Shown here: positions 23,801 through 35,800 of the stretch, piece after piece
Layout of the letters: each line of letters opens with the position of its first letter
Position numbering within the stretch: the first letter of the stretch is position 1
Assembly (NCBI GenBank): GCA_965218785.1
Contig: OZ244650.1
Coordinates: 1,216,001-1,280,000 of the forward strand
Source of the DNA: Nitrosopumilus sp.
GTDB taxonomy: Archaea > Thermoproteota > Nitrososphaeria > Nitrososphaerales > Nitrosopumilaceae
DNA length: 64,000 nt
Direction: 5' to 3'
Program-made: the position numbers and the translations under genes
The notes under the pieces: model-generated
What the model was told of the DNA's origin: nothing
Database searches by the model: none
The model's input: only the letters and a program-made list of their open reading frames with translations

Positions 23801-26800
23801 AAGCTGCCAAACTGGCTGATATAGTTGTACTCCAAATCAAATACCTGTATCCTGTGGTTGTTGGTGTCTGCAACCAGGATGTGCGTGGAGTTTGTCGCGA
23901 CTCCTCTTGGTGCGTTAAACACGCCGTTAGTTGGGCTGGAAGTGCCAAACTGGCTTTGATAGGTGCCATCTGAATCAAATATCTGTACCCTGTGGTTGAG
24001 GCTGTCTGAAACCAGTATGTTCTCAGAGGTCGTTGTGATTCCTCGGGGACGGTCAAACTGGCCGTCACCTGGGCCGGGATTGAGACTGCGATAGCCAATC
24101 GTGTGATCATAGGTGGCAATAAATGAACCTTCAGGGGCAGCAGTCACGGTGTTTGTCACGGACTGGGAGGTAAATGTCTCAAGTGCGTTGTTAGAGCCGT
24201 CAGTTATGGTATCACCGGTATATCCGACTGTAACCGTACTGCCGCTGAGAATTGTCCCATTCACGGTTATGGTAATGGTGCGGCCGGCCACTATAGGATC
24301 AGCGGGAATGCCATTATTTGAAACGCTAAAGACTTCCGCAGATGCGGTTCCCACCAAGCGTTCTGATGCGACAAGTACGATTGTAACATCATCAGTGGTG
24401 ATACCGGATTCTATGGTTGGCACCTTTATATCAGTGCCCGGAACTATGGCGGCAATTGTCTTGATCGTGTTGGTAGATGCAACATTACTTGGCAGGGTTT
24501 CTGGAAGATCCCCTCCGTATACGAGTGCCAGTATGTCATCATCCACCCTGACAAGCGAGTTGAATGCGCCGTCTTCCGTATCGTGTTCAAACGGTCCGCC
24601 TGCAGTAGCCAGGCCGGTGGTGGTTACATCATATACCCGGATAAAGCCGCCGGCGTCTGCACCCCTGTATGCGACTGCCAGGGTGTCATCATCCAGTTTT
24701 GCCAGCGAGTTGAGGTGTATACGTTCCTCAAATGCCGCGTCTGCCGCATTGTCATAATACGTGACAGTCGCGCCCCTTTGCGTGAATGCGCCGTTTGTCG
24801 CAACATCAAATATCTTGAGACGTCCCACCCCGTCATCAGTAGGAGTACCAAACTGGCTGCGATAGGTGCCATCCAAAGCAAATACCTGTACCCTGTTGTT
24901 GCCGGTGTCTGCAACTAGTATGCTCGTGGGGGTTGTGGTGATTTTAAGCGGCGTGTTAAACTCGCCGTTGCCAGTACCAGAACTGCCAAACTGGCTGCGA
25001 TAGGTGCCATCCAGATTAAGTATCTGTACCCTGTGGTTGCCAGAGTCTGTAACCAGTATGCTCGTGGAGGTTGTGGTGATACCTCTTGGGAAGATAAACG
25101 CGCCGTTGCCCGTACCAGAACCGCCAAACTCGCGGAGATAGGTGCCATCCAGATCAAATACCTGTACCCTGTTGTTGCCGGTGTCTGTAACCAGTATGCT
25201 CGTGGAGGTTGTTATGATTCCACTTGGTCCGTTAAACAGGCCGTTGCCCCTACCAGAACCGTCAAACTGGTTTACATAGGTGCCATCCAGATCAAATACC
25301 TGTACCCTGTGGTTGCCGGTGTCTGCAACCAGTATGTGCGTGGAGTTTGTTGTGATTCCTCTTGGGAAGATAAACTCGCCGTTGCCCGTACCAGAACCGT
25401 CAAACTGGTTTACATAGGTGCCATCCAGATCAAATATCTGTATCCGGTGGTTGCCGGTGTCTGCAACCAGTATGTGCGTGGAGTTTGTTGTGATTCCACG
25501 TGGGGAGTAAAACTGGTTGTTGCCTGTGCCGTTACTGCCAAACTGGCTGACATGGGTGCCGTCCAGATCAAATATCTGTATCCTGCTGTTGCCGGTGTCT
25601 GCAACCAGTATGTTCGTGGAGGTTGTGGTGATTCCTCCTGTTGCGTCAAGCATGCCGTCAGTTGTGCTGGGAGTACCAATCTCAGAGTATGCAAGTGCGA
25701 CGGTACTATCATCGATTTGGAGAAGAGAGTTGTATGCTGTTCTGCCGGCATCATGTGGAATAGCTGTTCGGGGAGTAAGTACGGATGCACCGCCGGATGA
25801 AACATCAAATGCTTGTATGTGTCCTGCCGCATCAGCGCCACGGTATGCAAGTACCACCGTATCAGCGTCGAGTTTGACTGCGGATTGGTACCGTCCCTGA
25901 TCGGCAGTAATGCTTACTGCTTCACCTGCAGTCAGCATGCCATCAGGAGCAACACGAATAGCCTGGATAAAGCCGTCAGGCGAGGAATTTGAATGTGAAT
26001 ATGTAATTATCAGCGTGTCTGCATCAAATGCAATCAAGGACTGGCTGGAGATCTGCCCGCCGGTGTCACCTGTTCTATAGTCGACGCTGTTGCGGTTTCC
26101 AAACGGCGTCATAGAGGTAGTATCAACATCAAATGTTGTAATGGCCGCTACTTCTGGCATTAATGTGACAGTACTGATGAAGGGGCATCCACGGACAGGG
26201 TGACAAATGGTTGTAACTGTACCTTCCGTACTGTCTGTATCAGTACGCACGTGTGAAATGGCAATGGTATCATCATCGATACGTACGATGGAGGTAGACC
26301 TTGGATCTTCTCTTGCATCATCGGTATTCTCACCTGAATCCTCAGGAGTGATGGCCACAATCTGAGGATCAGTCGGAGGATCAGTCGGAGGATCAACTTC
26401 CTGTGTTGTGAATATGATGGGCCGGTCTGTAACGGTGGCCACAGTCTGGCTGCCAATCAGCGAGATCTGCCCGTCAGTGATGCTGTATAGTCTGATATCG
26501 GTGTTGTGATTCCAGGTGGCAATGCCGGTATATACAGATACGGTGTGTGATGAGACGTAATAATTGCCAGTTAGGTGTATCAGGTCGTGTCGGTATCCGT
26601 TGTCTGGGAGTTCAACAGAGTGTACCGGTGATATGATATGATCAGTCGGGTCAGCGGCACCTGGCACGTTGTTTATCACGGCCTGTGGGGTAAATACCGC
26701 AAGTGGGTTTCCTGCGGCGTCAGTTATGTCACTACTACTGACAGGGTATGATACTGTGATATCGTCTGCAGAGGTTATTTCCGTATCTACGGTTATGGTT

Positions 26801-29800
26801 ATGATGTTACCGAATATTACAGGAACGGCAGTAAAGGCGTTGCCGGTCATGACAAAGTCAGATGCAGTAACGGTTCCCACAAGGGGTTCTGATGTAGTAA
26901 TTGCAATCATGGTTGGAGTGACAGTTGCAGCAGAGACGAATACCGGTGCGGCTGCATCAACTGTGACGGTGTGTGTGCCAGATGCCTCATTGAGGTTGCC
27001 TCCCGCATCTATTGCCACAGCTGCTGGAATCTGTACTGTGACTGTACCATCAGTGCTGGCAACCACGGTAAAGGTGTATGTGATGCCATCCACAGTAGAG
27101 GCGTACGTGACTTTGTCGTCTTCAATAGGAATAGAGACAGTTGCAGTCCTCGCCGTACCAGACAGTGCAATATCAGTTTCCTGATCACCGAAACCGGTTA
27201 CGGGCTCGCTAAATTGTACAGTATATGATAAAGTGCGAGAGTCTGCGGTGCTGCCATTAATCGTATCGTCATTGGTCAGTGTTACAGTTGGCACGTTGTC
27301 GTTTGTCACAGACCGTAGGCTAAATGTGACAAGTGCGTTTCCTGCGAGATCAGTTATGGTAGTACCGTGGTAACTTACCGTGACTGTGCTGTCGATGGGG
27401 ATTGCATTGTCCACGTTTATGGTTATAGTGCTGCCGGATATCTCCAGGTTGCCCACCAGGGTGTTATCAGATATGGTATTAGATATGGTATTAACAGATA
27501 CACCAAAGTGTTCCCTGTTAACAGTTCCCGCAAGGGGCTCTAATGCGGTAATTACGATCGTATACGCATCATGGACCACAGCAGAAGAGAAGACGGGTGC
27601 TATAGTATCAACTGTGACGGTGTACGGGTCAGATGCCGTGAGGGTCTTGCCTGCAGGAACCATTGCCGCATCTGCGGGAATCATTACTGTGACCGTACCA
27701 TCACCGGTGGTCGCCACGTCAAAGGTATATGCGGTTGCGTTGATTGCCACAAAGTTTGATATGGCAGGTGCACCGCCTGATGCCGATCCGGTTACCGTAA
27801 TACCAGTTTCATCAAAGTTTGTCACATCCTCGCTGAATATGGAGGTGTACGATACCGTGTCGCCGGTTTGTAAGTTATCATCAGGGGTAGGACTGTCCAG
27901 GGTTACGGTGACCATGGTAGTATTAACTGTGACGGTGTATGGGTCAGATGCCACGTTGCCGTTGCCTGCAGCATCCGTGGCCACGCCTTCAGGAATCGTT
28001 ACTATGACCGTACCATCACCGGTGGTTGTCACGTCAAACGTATACACGGTTGTGTGGTTTACCACAAAGTTTGATACGACAGGCGAGTTGTCGGATGCCG
28101 TTCCAGTTACCATAATATCAAATATATCAAAGTCCCTCATGCTCTCGCTGAAGGTGGCAGTGTAGGATATGGTCTCAGAACTCTGCGTGCCACCATCAGG
28201 GGTGGCAGTGTAGGATATGGTCTCATGTAGGTACCTGCTGTCCTCAGGGACCACACATACATTCGCCCCCACCGGTGGCACCTCACATATCACTGTCCCA
28301 GGTTGGGACATGCGGTCCTCAGGGACCACACATGCCGTCTCCCCCTCCGGTATCTCCCTACATAGCACTGTCACATGTTGGAACGTGCCATCATCACGGA
28401 TCATACCAGCAATTATGTATTCTTCGCCTAGTTGCACCACAGTCCCAGGTTGGGACGTGCCGTCATCACGGATCACACCAGCAATCATGTATTCGTCGCC
28501 TGATTGCACCACAGTCTCAGGTTGGGACGGGTCGTCAGCAGGGATCACACATACCGTCTCCCCCTCCGGTGGCACACACACCACTGTCACAGGTTGGGCC
28601 GTGCCGCCATCACGGATCACACGGGTGCCAGCAGTCAGGGTTACGGTGGGTGATACGGTATCAACTGTGACGGTGTATGTGTTGGATGCCGCGTTGCCGT
28701 TTGCGGCAATATCTTCTGCCACACCTGCCAGAATCGTTACTTTGACTGTACCGTCACTGGTAGTCACCACGTCAAACGTATACACGGTTCCGCCGCTGAT
28801 TTCCACAAAGTTTGATGCGGCAGGCGTGCCAACTGATGCCGATCCGGTTACCGTAATATCAGATGTACCAAAGCCCGTCACGGGTTTGCTAAATACGGCA
28901 GTATATGATAAAGTGTTAGAGTTTGTGTCGCGGTTATTAATCGTATCGTCGTTGGTCAGGGTTACAGTTGGCCCGGTATCCGTCACAGACCTCGCATCAA
29001 ATCTGGCAAGTGCGTTTCCTGCGAGATCAGTTATGGTATTACTGGTGTAATTTATCGTAACTGTGCCGCCGTCGGGAATTGCCGTTCCCACGGTGATAGT
29101 TACAGTACTGTCAGATATTACAGGAACACCAAAGATCGTATTGTCGGATACCTCAAAGTCGTCTGCAGCAACAGATCCTCCAAGGGGTTCTGATGCAGTA
29201 AATACGATCGTAATGGCATTAGAAATTACAACATGGGAGAAGACAGGTGCAGTTGTGTCGGCAGTAACGGTGTATGTGGCAGATACCACGTTGCCGTTGC
29301 CTGCCGCATCCGTGGCCACGCCTGCGAGAATCGTTACTAATACTGTACCGTCACTGGTAGTTACCACGTCAAAGGTATACACAGTTGCGCTGATTTCCTC
29401 AAAGTTTGATGTGGCAGGTGTGCCGCCTGATGCCGTTCCAGTTACTCTAATATCAGATTCAGCAAAGTCCGTTACATCCTCGCTAAAGGTGGCAGTGTAC
29501 GATACCGTGTCGCCGGTTTGTAAGTTATCATCAGGGGTGGTACTAGATATGGTTACGGTGAGCGTCTCAACATCAACTATGACGGTGTGTGTGTCAGATG
29601 CCGTGTTGCCGTTGCCTGCCGCATCCGTGGTCATACCTGCGGGAATCGTTGCCAGTACGGTGCCATCACCGGTAGTCACCACGTCAAATGTGTATGATGT
29701 GCCGCCGGTTCCTGCAAGGTTTGATGCTTCAAGCGTGCCGCCTGATGCAGCTGCTGCTGCCGTTCCAGATACGACAATGTCTGATTCTATAAAGTCTGCA

Positions 29801-32800
29801 ACGGATGCGCTAAACGTGACAGCATAGGATACGGTATTGGAGGATGTGATGATGCCGGTTCCGCCGGTAACAGTATCAGACAGGGATACTACGGACAACG
29901 GACTAGTCACTATTACATCGGAGCTGCCGGCAAGTGAGTTGAGAGAATCAGTTGCAGGAAGTACCAGGCTGGCAGGAACGGTGGTATCACTGGTGGTAAA
30001 TATGGTTCCGCCGTTTAATCTGAGCGAGCCAGTATCAACATAATTGAGATCATCTGAGAGATGGCCCACGGCAACGGTATATCGGAATATCAGGTCGGTT
30101 CCAGGCGAGCCGGAGAGATAGTCTGCCATTGCATCAGTATCGCCAGTCTCCAGCGTCAGTTGCGGGGTGTCAGTCACATCCACTGACTCGTCAAATGTAA
30201 TGGTGATATCAACTGTCTCACCCGGGACGTGGGTGCCGGGTGCCGCCGCAGATACGCCGGTGACTGTGGGTATGTCCATCACGTTAACGGTATACTGGTT
30301 TGATGCCATGCTGTCCTGTCCACCCCCGGTCCGTGCTGCAAATTTGGGGATAAATACTGTAACCATGCCATCAGAGGCAGTCACAACATCAAAGGTGTAG
30401 GTGTTCCCGGTTCCCGCAAAGTTGGATGGTACAAGCGAGCCGCCGGATGCCGTTCCGGATACTAGGATATCCGTCACATCAAAGTCTATCACGTCCACGT
30501 TGAAGGTGGCAGTATATGATACGGTGTCAAGGTTGTGTATGCCGCCATCAGGCGTATCCGCAGTTATGGTTACGGTTGGTGCAAGACCGAATGTCTGTAC
30601 CCTGTTGTTGCCGGTGTCTGCAACCACCATGTGCGTGGAGGTCAGCGCGATTGCAGTTGGCCCGCTAAACTGGGCACGGCCCGTGCCGGTACCGCCGATT
30701 GTATAGAAATAGTTCCCGTCCAGATCAAAGACCTGGATCCTGTTGTTGCCGGTGTCTGCAACAATTATGTGCGTGGAGGTTGCCGCAACCCCGGTTGGGG
30801 AGCTAAACTGGGTGTCACCAGAGCCTCCACGGCCAAACTTGCTGAGATAGTTGCCGTCCAGATCATAGACTGTTACCCTGTTGTTGCCGGTGTCTGCAAC
30901 AATTATGTTGGTGGGGGTTACTGCAACTCCGCCTGGAAGGTTGAACCGATTGTTGACAGTGCCGATACCGCCGAATTTGCTGACAAACTCGCCGTCCATA
31001 TCAAAGACCTGTATCCTGTGGGTGTGGGTGTCTGCAACGATTATGTGCGTAGAGTTTGCCGTGATTCCCGAGGGGAAGTTAAACCTGCCGTTGGCCTCGC
31101 CAAGACTGCCAAACTGGCTGAGATAGGTGCCCTGTAAGTCAAATATCTGTATCCTGTCGTTGTTGCTGTCTGCAACCAGTATGTTGTCAGGGGTCACCGT
31201 AATTCCACGGAGATTACTAAAAGTACCGCCGGGAGGGGGATTGACAAAGCCGATAGAAGGTACAAACGGATTAGAAGTTCCAAACTGGTCCTCATAACTG
31301 CCTGCAATATTGAATACCTGCACCCTGTCGTTGTTGGTGTCTGCAACCAGTATGTGTGAATCGTTTACCGTGACACCCCGTGGGCTGTCAAACTCACCGT
31401 CAGCGCTGCCAGAACGGCCAATCGAATTAAAGTGGGCTGCAATTGGTATAAAGATATCAAATGTAATGGTGTGCATATTTGATGCGGGGTTTAGGTTATT
31501 GTCTTCATCTGTTGCCACGCCTGCGGGGATTGATACGACAAGTGTTCCATCACTGGTTGCCGTCACATCAAACATGTATACGTTGCCGGATCCTGCAAAG
31601 TTGGTTATGGGGGAGGCGCCACGGGGTGCCGTTCCAGTTAATGATATATCAGATGCGACAAAGTCTGCCACCACCTTGTTGAAGGTAACGGTGTATGATG
31701 CGGTATTGGAGGTGTGGATGCCGCCATCAGGGGTGTCAGTGGCAGTTATACTCACGGTAAGAGGAAGAGTTGAGAGGTCATTAGATACGGTCCGGTCATC
31801 AAATGCGGCAAGTGTGTTTCCAGCAACATCAGTTATCATGGCATTGCCATTATAATCCACCATAATCGTATCAGCGTTGACAATTGCCGTGTTTACAGTT
31901 AGGGTTATGGTACGGCCATCCACTACGGGAACATCAGTAGAGGTATTGGTATCAAGTGTAAAGTCTCCTACAGCGGCAGTTCCCATAATGGGTTCTGATG
32001 CGGTAAGTACGATCGTGGACGCATCAGTGGTTTGAGCAGAAGATATGGTTGGCGCGGTGGCATCAACTGTGACGGTGTATACGTTTGATGCCGTGTTGTC
32101 GTTGCCTGCCGCATCTGTTGTCGCACCTGCGGCAATTGATACATCAAGTGTTCCATCACCGGTGACCATCACATCAAACGTGTATCTGGCTGTGTCCAAA
32201 TTAACAAAGTTTGATACCGGGGACGTGCCCACATCTGCCGTTCCGCCTACGGTAATATCAGATATGACAAAGTCCGGCACTGCCTCTGTAAAGATGACAG
32301 TGTAGGATATGATGGTGGAACGCGTTGTGGTGCCGTCATCAGTAGTAGATGATATGGTCGCATCAGGTCCGAGGTCATCTGATATGATGGGGTCTATCAT
32401 TTCATTGCGGAATGATGCCAACGGATTTCCTACATCATCTGTGATGGTGTTGCCTGTATAGGATACCGTTTGGGAGTCGTCACTGATTGGGGCAAATACT
32501 TCCAGTCTTATGTTTGAGTTTTGCAGGGATGCCGTAAGGACCTGGTTGCCAGGTACGGAGAACTGGTTTATACGGAGGCTGCCAATGAGCGGCTCAGTTG
32601 ATATGATTTCTATGGTTCTAAGACTGGCGGCTTTATCAAGATATGTCATACGTTCCACGGGGGTTGTCTTATGAACTTCGATCGTACCAGCAGAGGTGAA
32701 TGTAGGTGCGGTGGTATCTACGGTAACGGTATGTATGGCAGATGCCACGTTGCCGCGGGCTGCAGTATCTGCTGCCGCACCTGCGGGAATTGATACCTCG

Positions 32801-35800
32801 ATGGTACCCTCATTGGCGGGAGTCACAGTAAAGGTGTATGTGGTGCCGGTTCCATCTGGAGTGGTGACAGTTGTACCAGTTGGTCCAGATACTGTAACAT
32901 CAGTTACAGCATCGCCAAAGTCCGTTACATCCTCGCTGAATGTCGCAGTGTATAATATGGTGTCAGAGTTTGTGGCGCCGCCATCAGGGATGCCAGTTGC
33001 GGTTATGAGCACTGTTGGGGTGAGAACAAATGTCTGTATGCGAGAATCAAAGAGATCTGTAACCAGCATGTGCGTGGAGTTTGTTGTGATTCCCTCCGGA
33101 GTGGTAAACTCACCTTCACCGGTGCCTTGACTGCCAAACGAGCTGACAAAGGTGCCGTCATGGTTAAATGCCTGTACCCTGTCGTTCTCACTATCTACAA
33201 CCAGTATGTGCGCGGGGGTTGTTGTAATTCCTGAGGGATCATCAAACAGGCCGTCGGTGGCGCCGAAACTGCCAAATGTACTGACAGGGGTGCCGTCATG
33301 CTCAAACATCTGTACCCTGTCGTTCCCACTATCTACAACCAGTATGTGCGTGGAGGTTGTTGCAATTCCTTCCGGACTGGTAAACTCACCGATGGTAGTG
33401 GTGCCTTGACTGCCAAACGAGCTGACAAAGGTGCCGTCATGCTCAAATATCTGCACCCTGGGGTTGCCAGAGTCGGTAACCAGTATGTGCGTGGGGGTTG
33501 TTGCGATTCCGTATGGGGTGGTAAACTCACCGTCGCCTGTACCTTCACTGCCAAATCTGCCGGCAGGGGTGCCGTCATGCTCAAATATCTGTATTCGGTG
33601 GTTGCCAGAATCTACAACCAGTATGTGCGTGGAGTTTGTCGTGATTCCTATTGGAGCAGTAACCTGGTCGTTGGCATCGCCGTTACTGCCAAACGTGCCT
33701 GCAAAGATGCCGTCCAGATCAAATATCTGTATCCTGCTGCTGCCAAAGTCTGTAACCAGTATGTGCGTGGAGTTTGTCGTGATTCCATAGGGTGCCATAA
33801 ACTCACCGTCGAGTGTGCCGATACCGCCAAACACATTAGCAAAAGCTGCAATTGCAATCACGTTGTTTGTCACAGTCTCGGGTCCAAACGTTGCAAGTGC
33901 GTTTCCTGCAAGATCAGTTACACCACCGGCAGCAGCATTGTATGATACCATGAGTGTATCTGTAGATACTATTGCCGGATCTACGGTTATGGTTATGGTG
34001 TTATCAGATATTTCAGTGGTTCCAGTAACGGTTTTGGTGGCAACGCTAAAGGTTCCTGCAGTCATAGTTTCATCAAGTGGTTCTGATGCGGTAATTACGA
34101 TCGTGGTCTCATCAGTGGTCATAGCAAAATCAAATGTAGGTTCCGCAGTATCCACAATTACATCAGAGCTGCCGGCAAGTGAATTGGCAGAGGTAACTGC
34201 AGGAAGTCTCAGAATAAGGGTATCATCGTGAGTAGTGGCAGTGATGGTTCCTCCGTTTAGTGCCAGCGAATCAGTACCGACATAGTTGAGATCAGCAGAA
34301 TTCTCTCCTGCGGCAACGGTATATTGGAATAGCAGGTCAGTTTCACCCGTGCCCGAGGTATATTCAACTATAGCACCAGTATCCAGCGTCAGAGTTGGTG
34401 GGGTGCCATCTGCAACTCCTACATCCACAGCCTCGTCAAATCTTACGGTGATGTCAATGATACCACCTTCCTTGTATGCACCGTCATCGGCAGATACGCT
34501 AGTTATGTCAGAATCCAGAAGGAATGTCTGTATCCTGCTGTTGCCATGATCTGCAACCAGGATGTGCGTGGAGTTTGTTGCAAGTCCCGAGGGGCGGTCA
34601 AACCGGCCGTCGCCCGTGCCGAAACTGCCAAACTTGCCGACAAAGTTGGCATCACTATCAAATATTTGGATTCTGTCGTTGTTAAAGTCTGCGATGTATA
34701 TCAGGTTGTTCTCCATGATGATTCCAGTAGGGCTGTCAAACTGGCCGTTGGCTGTGCCATTACTGCCAAACGTGTTGAGATAGTTGCCGGCACTATCAAA
34801 TACATCCACCCAGTCGTTGCTAGTCTCTGTAACCAGGATATGCGTAGAGTTCATTGCAATGCTGTGGTAACGCTCACCAGTCTCAAATGCGTCACGGCCA
34901 AACGCGCTATCAAAGACGCCGTCAGTGTCAAATACCTGCACCCTGTGATGGAAAGAGTCTACAACCAGGATATGCGTGCCGTTTGCTGTGATTCCCACCG
35001 GGCTATCAAAGAGACCAGGACCAATGGTGAAGCTAGTGCGCGGACTGCCAAACTCGTTGGCATAGGTGCCGTTCAGATAAAATACCTGCACCCTGTGGTG
35101 GTTCAAGTCTGTAACCATTATGTGCGTAGAGTTTACTGCGATTCCAGAAGGATTGGAAAACTCGGAGTTACCGGGGTTGCTGGGGACTAAGGCTCTACTG
35201 CCAAACTTGCCGGCAAAGCTGCCATCCAGATCAAATATCTGCACCCTGTTGTTGTTGGTGTCTGCAACCAGTATGTGCGTGGAGTTTGTCGTAAGGGATA
35301 CAGGAATTTGAAACTGGCCGTCGGCTTCGCCGCGACTGCCAAACTTGCCGGCAAACTGTACGGGGCTGTCCACCGTAACGGTGTATGGGTCAGATGCCGC
35401 GTTGCCGTTGTTTGATGCATCTTCTGCCGCATCTACGGGAATCGTTACTATGACTGTACCATCAGTGGTGGCAGTTACAACAAAGTTGTACGTGGTGGTG
35501 TCGTCTGCAGGTGATTCAGCGGGGGTTGGTTCAGAGACTGTTGCAGTTGCCGTACCACCTAGTGTAATATCATCTGCGTCAACAAAGTCTGTCACCGTCT
35601 CGCTGAAGGTGACAGTGTAGAATATAACATCAGAGATTGCAGTACCGCCGTTAACGGCATCATCAGTAGATATGGTTGCAGTTGGCCCGGCAACACCTAC
35701 CAAGTTTGAGCCAAATACTGTAAAGTGTTCAGTCCAGATTATCAGGTCAGTGTCTACGTCTATAAAGCACTCTTGGTCGCCGGTAAGCTGTGTTGATACA

